A DNA stretch of 64,000 bases, from the NCBI GenBank assembly GCA_963778655.1, contig CAVZVA010000001.1, positions 25,016 through 89,015 of the forward strand. The letters are read 5' to 3'. The notes beneath the pieces were generated by a model. It saw only the letters and a list, made by a program, of their open reading frames with translations, was not told the DNA's origin and did no database searches. The DNA is from an uncultured delta proteobacterium. Lineage in GTDB: Bacteria; Myxococcota_A; Polyangia; Polyangiales; JAFGIB01. Shown piece after piece: positions 46,798 through 56,862 of the stretch (its first letter is position 1; the number at the start of each line of letters is the position of its first letter). Made by a program: the position numbers and the translations under genes.

Positions 46798-47976
46798 TCA
46801 GCGCCCGCGACGCGGCGTCTCGAGCGCTCGCTCGAGATCGGCGCGCAGATCGCGCTCCGCCTCGAGCCCGATCGAAAGCCGGATCAGCCCCTCGGCGATC
46901 CCCACCCGCTCGCGCGCCGCCTTGGGGATCGCCCCGTGGGTCATGCTGGCCGGGTGCTCGATCAGGGACTCCACCCCGCCCAGGCTCTCGGCGCAGACGA
47001 ACAGCTCCACCCGCCGCAGGGCCCGCACCGCCGCGCGCTTGCCGCCGCGCAGTCGCAGCGAGATCATTGCGCCGGGCAGCGCCATCTGGCGCGAGGCCAG
47101 CCGGTGCTGGGGGTGAGAGGCCAGCCCCGGGTACAGCACGCGCTCGACCGTGTGCTGGCGCTGCAGCCAGCGCGCGAGCGCCGCGGCGGTGTGCGCGCTG
47201 CGCCGCACGCGCAGCGGCAACGTCTTGATGCCGCGCAACACCAGATAGCAATCGAACGGCGACGGCACGGCCCCGGCGGCGTTCTGCACAAAGCGCAGCC
47301 GCGCGGCGAGCGCATCGTCATGGGTCGCGATCGCCCCGCCGACCACGTCGGCGTGGCCGTTGAGGTACTTGGTGGTGGAGTGCACGCTGAGCTGCGCGCC
47401 GAGCGCGAGCGGCCGCTGCAGCACCGGCGTGGCGAAGGTGTTGTCCACCGCCAGCAGCGCCCCGTGCCGGCGCGAAAGCCGCGCGATCGCCGCGATGTCG
47501 ACCAGCTTGAGCAGAGGATTGGTCGGCGTCTCCACCCAGATCAGGCGGGTGCTCGCGCGCAGCGCGCGCGCCACGTTGCCGGGGTCGGTCATGTCCACCC
47601 AGCTCACCTCGACCCCGAGCGGCACGAACAGCTTGTCGACGATGCGGAAGGTGCCGCCGTACACGTCGTCGCTGGCGACCACGTGATCGCCGGGACGCAG
47701 CAGCTGCATCACCGCGGTGATCGCGGCGCAGCCAGAGCCGAATGCGATCCCGTGCGTGCCGCCCTCGAGCGCGGCCACGCACTGCTCGAGCGTGCGCCGC
47801 GTGGGATTGTCGGTGCGCGAGTACTCGAAGCCGCGATGGCGGCCCGGGCCGTCCTGCGCGAACGTGGTCGAGAGCTGAATCGCCGGCATGACCGCGCCGG
47901 TGTGGGGATCGGGCGGCTGCGCGGCGTGCACCGCCAGCGTATCGATCGAGGGGGGGCGCTTCACTGGGAGGGTCAC
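46798..47976 (-). CDS. Cystathionine gamma-synthase/lyase (PLP-dependent Cys/Met metabolism family)
   Basis: YSRTDNPT, FGSGCAA, DVYGGT, ETPTNP, VDNTFATP, HSTTKYLNGH, AESLGGVESL..HPASMTH, IRLSIGLE. Confidence 0.95.
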   Translation of the reverse strand: MTLPVKRPPSIDTLAVHAAQPPDPHTGAVMPAIQLSTTFAQDGPGRHRGFEYSRTDNPTRRTLEQCVAALEGGTHGIAFGSGCAAITAVMQLLRPGDHVVASDDVYGGTFRIVDKLFVPLGVEVSWVDMTDPGNVARALRASTRLIWVETPTNPLLKLVDIAAIARLSRRHGALLAVDNTFATPVLQRPLALGAQLSVHSTTKYLNGHADVVGGAIATHDDALAARLRFVQNAAGAVPSPFDCYLVLRGIKTLPLRVRRSAHTAAALARWLQRQHTVERVLYPGLASHPQHRLASRQMALPGAMISLRLRGGKRAAVRALRRVELFVCAESLGGVESLIEHPASMTHGAIPKAARERVGIAEGLIRLSIGLEAERDLRADLERALETPRRGR

Positions 47977-48143
47977 GCGACCCTCCCGCCCCAGGCCCCG
48001 CAGGGTCCCTGGCCAGGCCGTCGGGCCCCCCCCCTACCGCGAGGGTCGCTCCGCTCCCGCGTGCAAGGCAGGCTGAAGGTGTTCAGGCGCGCAAGTGCTT
48101 TCGTCACGGGCGCCAGCGTACCACCGATGCTCGGGGTTCGGGC

Positions 48144-48968
48144 TCAGCCTCCGAAGCCGGCTTCGATCGCCACCGCGCGCACCTCCGGCAGCACGGCATC
48201 GAAGGCCGCCGCATTGCAGGCCAGCAGGCCGCGCCGGTTGTTCATGTGCGGCTCGCGGTAGTCGAGCTCGCCGCCCAGCAGATCGGTGAAGCGGCCCCCG
48301 GCCGCGCGCAGGATCGCCTCCGGCCCGCAGGCGTCCCACTTGCTGGAACGATCGGAGATATGGACGTAGAGATCGGCCTCGCGCGTCACGATGCAGCCGA
48401 CCTTGAGCCCGACCGAGCCGCTGGGCCGCTCGTGCTGGATGCCCAGGCGCTTGACCACGGCATCGGTCTTGCTCGAGCGGTGCGAGCGCGACACCACCAG
48501 CTTGAGCTCCGACGGCCGCGCCAGCTCCGAGACCGCCAGCGCCTGCGACGCGCCGTGCTGCTCGAGCCAGGCGCCCTGCCCCACCACCCCGCAGTAGAGC
48601 TTGTCGAGCACCGGCTGGCAGACCACGCCGAGCACGGAGCGCCCATCGATCGCTAGCCCGAGCATCACCGAGAACTCGCCGTTGCGGGCGATGAACTCCT
48701 TGGTTCCGTCCAGCGGATCGACGAACCAGCAGCGCGAGCGCCGCAAGCCCTCGCTGTGGTCGGCGCTCTCTTCGGCCACCACGCCGTCCTGTGGAAAGGC
48801 CGCGCGCAGGCCGTCGACCAAGAACGTGTTGGCGCGGCGGTCGGCCTCGGTCACGGGGCTCGAGCTGGACTTCCACTCGACGTCGAAGTCCGAGGCGTAG
48901 ACCTCGAGCAAGATGCGTCCCGCCTCGCGCGCCAGCTGCGCCGCCCTGTTGACCTCGGCTTCGAGCAT
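48144..48968 (-). CDS. cysQ: 3'(2'),5'-bisphosphate nucleotidase CysQ (inositol monophosphatase family)
   Basis: SPVTEAD, EES, WFVDPLDGTKEFI..NGEFSV, VSRSH, GSVGLK, WDACGPEAIL..AGG. Confidence 0.9.
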   Translation of the reverse strand: MLEAEVNRAAQLAREAGRILLEVYASDFDVEWKSSSSPVTEADRRANTFLVDGLRAAFPQDGVVAEESADHSEGLRRSRCWFVDPLDGTKEFIARNGEFSVMLGLAIDGRSVLGVVCQPVLDKLYCGVVGQGAWLEQHGASQALAVSELARPSELKLVVSRSHRSSKTDAVVKRLGIQHERPSGSVGLKVGCIVTREADLYVHISDRSSKWDACGPEAILRAAGGRFTDLLGGELDYREPHMNNRRGLLACNAAAFDAVLPEVRAVAIEAGFGG

Positions 48969-48988
48969 GCGCGGCAGCCTACCACGTG

Positions 48989-49798
48989 TCAGCTGCCCAG
49001 CAGCACCGCCAGCGCGCCGCGGCCGCCATGGCGCTCGTGGGCGCTGGCGAAGGCGGCGATCTGTGGCGCGACCACGCCCTGCGTGAGCGCTTCCACTGCG
49101 GCCTGCGCGAGCACGCCCACGCCGTCTTCGGAGTGCGTGCCCTTGCCGACGATGAGCAGCAAGTGACGCACCCCGCGGCTGCGCTGCGCGCGCACCAGCG
49201 CCTGGATCGCGGCGTGTGCCTGGGCGCGGCGCATGCCGTGCAGGTCCAGGCTCGCCTCCGGTGCGAAGCCGCGCCCACTCAGCTTGCGCGCCACACGCTC
49301 GGACACGTCGGCGCGCCGTCCTTCGACCAGGCCGTCGTCCCAGGTCACCACGAAGCGCACGCCGCCGGCCACCAGCGCCGACAGCCGCGCGCGCGCGGCC
49401 TGCTCCGCGGCCGCCTCGGCCGCGCTCGCGGGCGCAGGCGGGCGCGCGGGCTGGGCCACACGGGAGCGCGCCCGGCCGCGGCGGATCGGCTGCACGCCCT
49501 GGTAGGCCTGGTTGAGCGCGGACAGCTCGCCCGGCAACAGCGGCGAGCGCAGCCGCGCGTCGCTCGGCGCAATCGGCGGCGGCGCCCCGCTGCGCGGCCC
49601 CGGCGCCACGGTCGGCACCACGCTCGAGCGGGCGGGGCCGGGCGGCTTCAGCGTCCGCGGCCGCGCCGGCGGCAGCTTGCTCAGCCCCGCGCGCTCGAGC
49701 AAGGGCCCGATCGCGGTACCGACGCCGGGCGCGGGCGTCGGCGTGGCGTTCTGTGCGGGCTCGACGGAGCCGGCCTTGCGCTTGCGTTTTCTGCGCAT
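48989..49798 (-). CDS. Smr domain protein
   Basis: PEASLDLHGMR, LLIVGKGTHS, HGGRGALAVLL. Confidence 0.88.
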   Translation of the reverse strand: MRRKRKRKAGSVEPAQNATPTPAPGVGTAIGPLLERAGLSKLPPARPRTLKPPGPARSSVVPTVAPGPRSGAPPPIAPSDARLRSPLLPGELSALNQAYQGVQPIRRGRARSRVAQPARPPAPASAAEAAAEQAARARLSALVAGGVRFVVTWDDGLVEGRRADVSERVARKLSGRGFAPEASLDLHGMRRAQAHAAIQALVRAQRSRGVRHLLLIVGKGTHSEDGVGVLAQAAVEALTQGVVAPQIAAFASAHERHGGRGALAVLLGS

Positions 49799-49919
49799 GC
49801 AACCTCGAGGCGAGGATATCACCGAGGGCGACCGGGGGCTCGCTCGGCGGCGTCGTATCGGCGTATCGACGGCGGCCCGCTATTGCCCTCGGCGCACGGG
49901 GAAGGCACATTCTGCCGTC

Positions 49920-51917
49920 GTGTTTTGCATCGTGATCACCGAGCGCGGCGGCGCGCAGCGTCAGCTCGACTTCGATGGACCCGAGCTCAGCGTCGGCCGG
50001 CTCGAGGACAACGACGTGGTGCTGCCGCGCAGCAACGTCTCCAAGCGCCACGCGCGGATCGTGCTCAAGGAAGACCGCTACGTGCTGCTCGACCTCAAGA
50101 GCACCAACGGCACCTACGTCAACGGCCGCAAGATCGCCGGGCCGATGATGGTCGGCGCGGGCGACAAGATCTACATCGGCGACTTCATCCTCGCGCTGCA
50201 GGACACGCCGCGACTGCAAGCGGCCCAGCGGCGGCTGCGCGAACGCCTGCCCACGCAGCCGATGGCCAGCGTGCGGCCGCTGGGCGAGGCGCTGGCCGAG
50301 CCCGGCCTGGGCGCGCTCGGCGCCGGTCCGGACCCGCTGTTGCAGCGCCGCAACGGGCCGCCGCCGCCGCCGCAGCGACGCGGCGACCGGCCGCCGCACG
50401 CCACGCCGCCACCGCCGCCGCCGGCCCGCCCCAGCGCCGCGGACCCGGGCGATCTCGGACCCGCAACCGAGCCGCCTTCGCCGGCCGCGGTGGCCGAGCT
50501 CGCGGCCGTGGAAGCCGCCGGTGACGATGCGGCCCCGGACGGGCTGCCGTCTTCGCGCCCGCCTGCGGCATTGGCGCCGGCGCTGGCCGCGGCGGGCGCC
50601 GAGCCCTGGCCCCTGCCGGGCGCCGCGCAGCCACCCGCGCCCCAGCGCCCGCCTCAGCGCCTGCCGGGCGCGCCGCCCGCGCGCATCGGCAGCGTGCCCC
50701 CGCGGCTGCAGGACCCCGAAGGCGCCGGTCCCGCCACCTCGCCGGCGGTGCTGGCGCCATCGGTCCGCCTGCAGGGCGCGCTGCAGACGCTGATGGAGCG
50801 CCTGGCCACGCGCATGGATCTAGCCGACACGCACGAGCGCGCGTTTCCGTCCGAGCACAGCGCGACGCTCGAAGCCTTGATCGACGAGCTCGCCGCCGCC
50901 GGCGTGATCGGTCCCGACCTCGATCGCCGCTTCCTGACGCAGGCAGCTATCAGCGAGGCGGTCGGCCTGGGCCCGCTCGACCGCCTGCTGACCAACCGTT
51001 CGGTGCGCGAGGTGGTGGTGGACGGACCGTCGCGCATCCTGGCCGACCTGGGCGGAGGGCTGTCGCCAGTCTCCAGCTTCTTCTCGTCGTCGCAGGCGGT
51101 GCAGACCACCTTGCGCCGCTTGTGCGCGCGCGCGGGCAAGGCGCTCGGCCACGCCGCGATCGAGCAGGTGCTGCTGCCTGACGGCAGCCAGATGCAGGTG
51201 CTGATGCCGCCGCTGTCGCCGGGAGGTCCGCTGATCAGCATCCGCTGTCCACCGCGCAGCGCGACCTCCGCCGACGCGCTGATCACCGAGGGCGTGCTCT
51301 CGGTCGACATGCTCGCGCTGCTGCGCGCCGCGACCCAGCGCCGCCTGAACATGCTGGTGATCGGCCCGACGGCGAGCGGCGTGACCACGCTGCTCGGCGC
51401 GATCGCCTCGCTGTGCCAGGATCACGAGCGCATCGTGACGTTGCAGGAGGCGCCCTCGCTCGCGATCCAGCACCCGCACGTGCTGCAGCTGAGCCTGGCC
51501 GGCGCCGCGGGCAAGGGCCTGGACGAGATCCTGCGCCACGTCGCGCGACTGCGCGCAGACCGCGTGGTGATCGACGACCTGCGCGGCAGCGACGCGCTCA
51601 GCGCCCTGCTCGGCGCCGCCGGCATGCGCGGCGCGCTGCTGGCCATGCACGCGCCGTCGCCGGCGGCGGCGCTCGAGCAGCTCGAGATGTTCGCCCAGGC
51701 GGCGCTCGGCGGCGCGCGCGCGTCGCTGGCGCTGCTGATCGCGCAGGCGCTGCAGCTAGTGGTGCAGGTCGGCGCGGACGCAGGGGGCGCGCGGCGTGTG
51801 CTCAGCATCAGCGAGGTCGGGGGTGCCCGCGACAGCACGCTCAAGCTGACCGCGCTGTTCCGCTATGACGGGGGTTTCAAGAGCACCGAGCATCGGGCCA
51901 GTTTTCTCGGGGCCTGA
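49920..51917 (+). CDS. FHA domain + Pro-rich linker + CpaF/TadA-like ATPase with degenerate motifs
   Basis: FHA: VGR...NDVVL...NVSKRHA...DLKSTNGTYVNG; CpaF-like GLGPLD.LL, LPDGS, ISIR; Walker A GPTASGVTT and Walker B region VIDDLRG. Confidence 0.85.
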   Translation: MFCIVITERGGAQRQLDFDGPELSVGRLEDNDVVLPRSNVSKRHARIVLKEDRYVLLDLKSTNGTYVNGRKIAGPMMVGAGDKIYIGDFILALQDTPRLQAAQRRLRERLPTQPMASVRPLGEALAEPGLGALGAGPDPLLQRRNGPPPPPQRRGDRPPHATPPPPPPARPSAADPGDLGPATEPPSPAAVAELAAVEAAGDDAAPDGLPSSRPPAALAPALAAAGAEPWPLPGAAQPPAPQRPPQRLPGAPPARIGSVPPRLQDPEGAGPATSPAVLAPSVRLQGALQTLMERLATRMDLADTHERAFPSEHSATLEALIDELAAAGVIGPDLDRRFLTQAAISEAVGLGPLDRLLTNRSVREVVVDGPSRILADLGGGLSPVSSFFSSSQAVQTTLRRLCARAGKALGHAAIEQVLLPDGSQMQVLMPPLSPGGPLISIRCPPRSATSADALITEGVLSVDMLALLRAATQRRLNMLVIGPTASGVTTLLGAIASLCQDHERIVTLQEAPSLAIQHPHVLQLSLAGAAGKGLDEILRHVARLRADRVVIDDLRGSDALSALLGAAGMRGALLAMHAPSPAAALEQLEMFAQAALGGARASLALLIAQALQLVVQVGADAGGARRVLSISEVGGARDSTLKLTALFRYDGGFKSTEHRASFLGA

Positions 51918-51968
51918 AGTCTGCTACACCGCGGCCTCCGCGCAGGCCCGCGGCTCGGAGGCGGGGCG

Positions 51969-52985
51969 ATGGCACAATCCGGCGTTTCCGACATCTCTGG
52001 CTGGACGCTCGAGCGGCACATCCTCGAGGAGCAGCGGGCCCACGCCTCGGCGAGCGGCGAGTTCACCAGGCTGTTCCAGCAGCTCGCGCTGGCCGGCAAG
52101 ATCGTCGGCAGTCGGGTCAACCAGGCGGGGCTCGCGGGCGTGCTGGGGGTGACCGGCGAGATCAACGTGCAGGGCGAGCGGGTGCAGAAGCTCGACGTGT
52201 TCGCCAACCAGGCGCTGATCCGCTGCATCGAGGCCGGCGGCCAGGTGTGCCTGATGGCGAGCGAGGAGGTCGACGACCCGATCCCGATTCCGACCGGCTT
52301 CCCGCGCGGCAAGTACGTGCTGATGTTCGACCCGCTCGACGGCTCGAGCAACATCGACGTCAACATCTCGATCGGCACCATCTTCAGCGTCCACCGCCGC
52401 GTCACCGAGGGCGAGCCCGAGCTGCGCGACTGCCTGCAGCCTGGCTACAAGCAAGTCGCCGCCGGCTACGTGATCTACGGCTCGTCCACGATGTTCGTGT
52501 ACACCACAGGCGAGCGCGTGCACGGCTTCACGCTCGACCCGTCGGTGGGCGAGTTCTTTCTCTCGCACCCCAACATCCGCATTCCGGAGCGCGGCAAGAT
52601 CTACTCGATCAACGAGGGCAACCAGAGCGTGTGGGACGCGAAGGTGCGCGCGTGGGTGCAGTGGCTCAAGACTCCGGACAAGGCGGGCGGCCGTCCCTAC
52701 AGCGGCCGCTACATCGGCACGCTGGTGGCCGACTTTCACCGCACGCTGCTCAAGGGCGGGGTGTTCGCGTACCCGGCCGATGTCAAGAATACCAGCGGTA
52801 AGCTGCGCCTGCTGTACGAGGCGGCACCGCTGGCGCTGATCGCCCGGGCCGCTGGAGGCGACGCCTCGACCGGGCAGCAGCCGATCCTCGAGGTGATGCC
52901 GACGGAGCTGCACCAGCGCGTGCCGCTCTACATCGGCAGCAAGCTAGACGTGGCCGACGCGGTCGCCCGAGTGTGCCATGGCTAG
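51969..52985 (+). CDS. fbp: Class 1 fructose-1,6-bisphosphatase
   Basis: NVQGE.VQKLD, SEE, FDPLDGSSNIDVN..IGTIF, YSINEGN, RYIGTLVADFHR.LLKGG, GKLRLLYE. Confidence 0.97.
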   Translation: MAQSGVSDISGWTLERHILEEQRAHASASGEFTRLFQQLALAGKIVGSRVNQAGLAGVLGVTGEINVQGERVQKLDVFANQALIRCIEAGGQVCLMASEEVDDPIPIPTGFPRGKYVLMFDPLDGSSNIDVNISIGTIFSVHRRVTEGEPELRDCLQPGYKQVAAGYVIYGSSTMFVYTTGERVHGFTLDPSVGEFFLSHPNIRIPERGKIYSINEGNQSVWDAKVRAWVQWLKTPDKAGGRPYSGRYIGTLVADFHRTLLKGGVFAYPADVKNTSGKLRLLYEAAPLALIARAAGGDASTGQQPILEVMPTELHQRVPLYIGSKLDVADAVARVCHG

Positions 52986-53067
52986 ACACGCGTTCAGCCA
53001 TATGCGAACCTGGCTGGGAGGCTCGACCCGGACCCGTGCGGTGCGTCGGGCCCAGGAGGGCGGCCGC

Positions 53068-53523
53068 GTGAACGAAGCCCCGACCCGAGAAGCGAGCCCG
53101 CTTTCGATCCTGCGCGAACGCCGGGCGCCCTATCGACGCGGCGGCAGCGATCTGCCGAAGCTGCTGCTGGTCGAGGACGACGCGCTCAACCGCAGCGTGT
53201 CGGCGCGGGCCCTCTCTGGCCATTTCACGGTGACATCCGTGCGCAGCGCCGAGGAGGCGCTGCAGCACCTGGAGCGCACGCGCTTCGAGGTGGTGCTCAC
53301 CGACTATCGGATGGCCGCGATGACGGGCCTGGAGCTGCTCGAGCAGGCGCGGGTGCGCGACCCGCGCGCGCGCCGCGTGCTGGTCTCGGGCACCGACATC
53401 TTCGGCATCGAGGGCTACCTGGCCAGCGGCATCGTAGAGAAGCTGCTGCTCAAGCCGGTCGACCTGCGCACGGCCCTGCTGACATGGCTGGAGGCGGAGC
53501 AGCAGCGGGCACAGAAGCCGTAA
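53068..53523 (+). CDS. Single-domain response regulator (receiver)
   Basis: LLLVEDD, VLTDYRM..MTGLELL, VSG, LLKP; RBS AGGAGG before GTG 53068 (alternative ATG 52978). Confidence 0.85.
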   Translation: MNEAPTREASPLSILRERRAPYRRGGSDLPKLLLVEDDALNRSVSARALSGHFTVTSVRSAEEALQHLERTRFEVVLTDYRMAAMTGLELLEQARVRDPRARRVLVSGTDIFGIEGYLASGIVEKLLLKPVDLRTALLTWLEAEQQRAQKP

Positions 53524-53594
53524 GGCGGGGTCTTCCCGCCTTCTCGTCGTCCCGTGGTGCTAAAGACGGCACACGGTCGGGCGCGAGGGCCGGC

Positions 53595-54287
53595 TCAGCC
53601 GCTCAAGTTGACCCAGCTCGCGCTGCCGTCGGGCGCCCATTCCTTCTTCCAGATCGGCACGCGCTGCTTGATCTGCTCGATCGCCTGGCGGCAGGCGTCG
53701 AACGCCTGCGCGCGGTGCGGTGCGGCTGCGGCCACGATCACCGCCAGATCGCCCACCTGCAGCTGGCCCACCCGGTGCACGGCCGCCAGCCGCGCGACGG
53801 GCTCGGCGCCGGCGATCTCCTGCAGAATGCGCGCGAGCTCGCGCTCGGCGAGCTCGGCGTGCGCCTCGTAGTCGAGCCGCGCCACGGGCTTGCCTTCGGC
53901 GTGATCGCGCACGCTACCCAGGAAGAGCGCGATGCCGCCCAGCTCCGGCGCGCGCACCGCAGCCAGCACCTCGTCGACGGAAAGCGGGCTGTCGCGCAGC
54001 GCGCACAGCGCCACACCGCCGCGACCGGCGCCGCCCGCGACCGGCGGCAGCACGGCGAGCTCGTCGCCGGCGCGCACCAAATCCTCGTCGCGCGCAAGCT
54101 CGCCATTGATCGCCAGGCGCATGCGGTGCACGAGCGGCGCCAGCGCGGCGTGTCGCGCGCCCAGCTCCGAGAGCAACGCCCGTACCGTGGTCGGCGAGCT
54201 CGACAGCGCCACCCGCTCGCGATCGCGCCCGCACAGCTCGCGCGCCGCAGCGAAATACTGCACTTCCACACCCAGGTCGGCTGGCAC
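53595..54287 (-). CDS. moaE: Fused molybdopterin synthase MoaD-MoaE
   Basis: MoaD: VQYFAAARE..G...GDELAVLPPVAGG; MoaE: GGIALFLGSVRD, LDYEA, HRVG.L.VGD, HRAQAFDAC...IK..VPIWKKE. Confidence 0.92.
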   Translation of the reverse strand: MPADLGVEVQYFAAARELCGRDRERVALSSSPTTVRALLSELGARHAALAPLVHRMRLAINGELARDEDLVRAGDELAVLPPVAGGAGRGGVALCALRDSPLSVDEVLAAVRAPELGGIALFLGSVRDHAEGKPVARLDYEAHAELAERELARILQEIAGAEPVARLAAVHRVGQLQVGDLAVIVAAAAPHRAQAFDACRQAIEQIKQRVPIWKKEWAPDGSASWVNLSG

Positions 54288-54342
54288 GGCAGGGGCTCCT
54301 GCGGGAGTCTGACATGCGGCCACGGCGCGACAAAGCCGTTTC

Positions 54343-54371
54343 TTGACAAGGCCAGGGGGGCTCCGTAGCGT
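54343..54371 (+). promoter_or_regulatory. Sigma70-type promoter
   Basis: TTGACA (54343-54348)-N17-TAGCGT (54366-54371), 10 nt before ATG 54382. Confidence 0.65.
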
Positions 54372-54381
54372 CGATTGGCTC

Positions 54382-55173
54382 ATGGCGGCACGGCAATTAG
54401 CCTTCGAATTCGGGATGCCGCGAGCCGCGCCCTGGCTCGATCCGCAGGCGGAGCAGGCGCGCCGCGAACGGCTGCTGGAGCGCAAGCTGTGCGAGCGCAC
54501 GGGGACGGCGATCGCGCTCACGCTGACCGATAACGCGCGCACCATGTTGTCGGCGCGCGAGCGCGAAGGCATCGTACACGTGCGGCTGCACCACATGTTC
54601 CTCGACGCCGACGAGACCACGCTCGCCGCGATCGCGCGCTACCTGAGCGGCCGGCACGCGGCCGCTTCGAACCAACTGCAGCGCTTCATCGGCCAGCACG
54701 GCGACCGCATTCGCCGGCTGCGCGCGCAGCCCGGGCCAGCCGCGGGCCGCGCCGACCAGCCCCGCGGCCCACGCCTGCGCGCGGACGGCCGCCACCACGA
54801 TCTGGGCGCGATCCTGGGCAGCCTCAATGCGCGCTACTTCGCGCAGGCGGTTCAGGCCCGCATCGGCTGGGCGCGTATGAGCCGCGGGCTCGGCCGCGGG
54901 CACAGGCGCCGCTCGATCAAGCTCGGCAGCTACCGCGGCCGCGAGCCGCTGATCCAGGTGCACCCGGTGCTGGATGCGGTCTGGGTGCCTGGCTTCTTCG
55001 TCGAGTACATCGTCTACCACGAGATGCTGCACCACGTGGTTCCGATGCCGCTGCGCAACGGCCGCCGCAGCCTGCACGGCGCGGACTTCCGCGCGCGCGA
55101 ACGCCAGTTCGAGCGCTACGCCGAGGCGATCGCCTGGGAGCGCGAGAACCTGGATCGGCTGCTCTCGAGCTAG
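54382..55173 (+). CDS. SprT/YgjP-like zinc metallopeptidase domain protein
   Basis: RLHHMF, LNARYF, LGSY, I.VHP.LD...VP.FFVEYIVYHEMLH, H...FR..E. Confidence 0.75.
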   Translation: MAARQLAFEFGMPRAAPWLDPQAEQARRERLLERKLCERTGTAIALTLTDNARTMLSAREREGIVHVRLHHMFLDADETTLAAIARYLSGRHAAASNQLQRFIGQHGDRIRRLRAQPGPAAGRADQPRGPRLRADGRHHDLGAILGSLNARYFAQAVQARIGWARMSRGLGRGHRRRSIKLGSYRGREPLIQVHPVLDAVWVPGFFVEYIVYHEMLHHVVPMPLRNGRRSLHGADFRARERQFERYAEAIAWERENLDRLLSS

Positions 55174-55179
55174 CTCAGC

Positions 55180-56775
55180 ATGACCGCCGCGACCGCCGAG
55201 CCGCCGAGCGCGCAGCCGACGCCGGGCTCGTCCGCACGCCGGCTGCACGCCGGCTTCGAGCCTGTGTTCGCGCTGCTGGCGCTGGCCAGCGCGCTGCCGC
55301 TGCTACTGGTGCGCTACCCGCCGATCGAGGATCTGCCCCAGCACCTGGCCGCGGTCCGCGTGCTGCACGACTTCCACGATCCGCAGCTCGGCTTTTCACG
55401 TTTCTTCGAGCTCGATCTGCTGCGCACGCAGTACCTGACGTACTACCTGGGCGCCGATTTGCTGGCCTACGTGATGAACGTCGAGCTGGCGGTCAAGCTG
55501 CTCACCGCCGCCTCGCTGGTGGCCGTGCCTTACGCGGCGCGCAGCCTGCTGCAGGCGCTGGGCAAGGACGGCCGGGTGGCGCTGCTGCTGCTGCCGCTGA
55601 CCTACAACGCGCACCTGATCCTCGGCTTCTTCAACTTCGAGCTCGCGATTCCGCTCTCGCTCTACGGCGTGGCGCTGGCCGTGCGCCAGCGCCGGAGCTA
55701 CTCGCGTGCGCGTGCGCTCGGGCTCGGCGTGCTGGCGCTGGTCTGCTTCTGCGCGCACGTGGTCCCGTTCGCGCTGATGGCGCTCGGCGTCGGGCTTGTG
55801 AGCCTGCAGCGCAGCCTGCGCGCCACGCTGCGCGGGCTGCTGCCGCTGGCGCCGTCCGCGGCCGCCGCCTTGCTGTGGCTGCGCGCGAGCCCGGCCGGTC
55901 AGGCCACGCTGCACGCCGCCGCGGGCGCCGACAGCGGACCCAAGCCGCAGTTCACGCCCGCGGCGATCGCATGGCAGCAGAGCCCGCGCTGGCTTACCGA
56001 CGTGCTGCAGGACGAGCGCGGCCTGCGCTTGCTGCAGGGTTTCTGCGCGCTGTGGGCGGCAGCCGTGGTCATCGGGGTCTGGGAAGCGCTGGTGCGCCGT
56101 CGCGGCCGCGCCGAAGCCCCCGACCGGCTCGCCTTTCAGCTCCGCTGGCGGCTCGGCCTGCTGGCTCCGCTGTGCGCTTTGCTCTACTTCGAGCTGCCGT
56201 CGTCCTACGACTGGATCTGGCCGATCGCGCAGCGCTTTCCGCTGCTGTGCGCGATCTGGCTGGTGGTGGCCCTGCCGCGCTTCCGCTTCGGCAAGCGCGT
56301 ATGGCTCGCGCTGGTCGTGGCCCTGGGCGCGACGAGCTTCTACTTGGTCGGAGAAGCGTTCACGTCGTTCGAGCGAGACGAGGTCGACGCGCCCGACTTC
56401 GAGCGCGCGCTCGCCCGCATCCCCGAGGGCCAGCGCGTGGTCGGGCTGATCTTCGAGCGCGGCTCGCGCTACGTGGCGTTCGCGCCCTTTCTGCACTACG
56501 TCGCCTACTATCAGGCGCGCAAGGGTGGCGCGGTGATGTTCAGCTTCGCCGACTTTCCCCAGTCACCCTTCCGCTTCCGCGAGGACAACCGCCCCCCGCG
56601 CGTGCCGCCACGCTGGGAATGGCTGCCGGAGCGCGTGCGGCCGCGCAGCGATCTCGCGTTCTACGACTACGCGCTGGTGCGCGGGGGTCCCGGCCGCATC
56701 GCGCTGCCGGGCTCGGGCTTCGTACCGCTGTACCGCGGCGGTCGCTGGAGCGCCTGGCGGCACGTGCGGCGCTGA
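55180..56775 (+). CDS. Polytopic membrane protein, probable GT-C glycosyltransferase
   Basis: About 11-13 TM helices; PP.EDLPQHLA in the first periplasmic loop; C-terminal soluble domain. Confidence 0.6.
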   Translation: MTAATAEPPSAQPTPGSSARRLHAGFEPVFALLALASALPLLLVRYPPIEDLPQHLAAVRVLHDFHDPQLGFSRFFELDLLRTQYLTYYLGADLLAYVMNVELAVKLLTAASLVAVPYAARSLLQALGKDGRVALLLLPLTYNAHLILGFFNFELAIPLSLYGVALAVRQRRSYSRARALGLGVLALVCFCAHVVPFALMALGVGLVSLQRSLRATLRGLLPLAPSAAAALLWLRASPAGQATLHAAAGADSGPKPQFTPAAIAWQQSPRWLTDVLQDERGLRLLQGFCALWAAAVVIGVWEALVRRRGRAEAPDRLAFQLRWRLGLLAPLCALLYFELPSSYDWIWPIAQRFPLLCAIWLVVALPRFRFGKRVWLALVVALGATSFYLVGEAFTSFERDEVDAPDFERALARIPEGQRVVGLIFERGSRYVAFAPFLHYVAYYQARKGGAVMFSFADFPQSPFRFREDNRPPRVPPRWEWLPERVRPRSDLAFYDYALVRGGPGRIALPGSGFVPLYRGGRWSAWRHVRR

Positions 56776-56862
56776 TTACCGGGACGGTCACGCGACCCTT
56801 CCGTCGAACGGCGGGGCCGGCAACGAGTTGCGCAGGGGCGGCGGGGGTACGGTATCCTGGCA

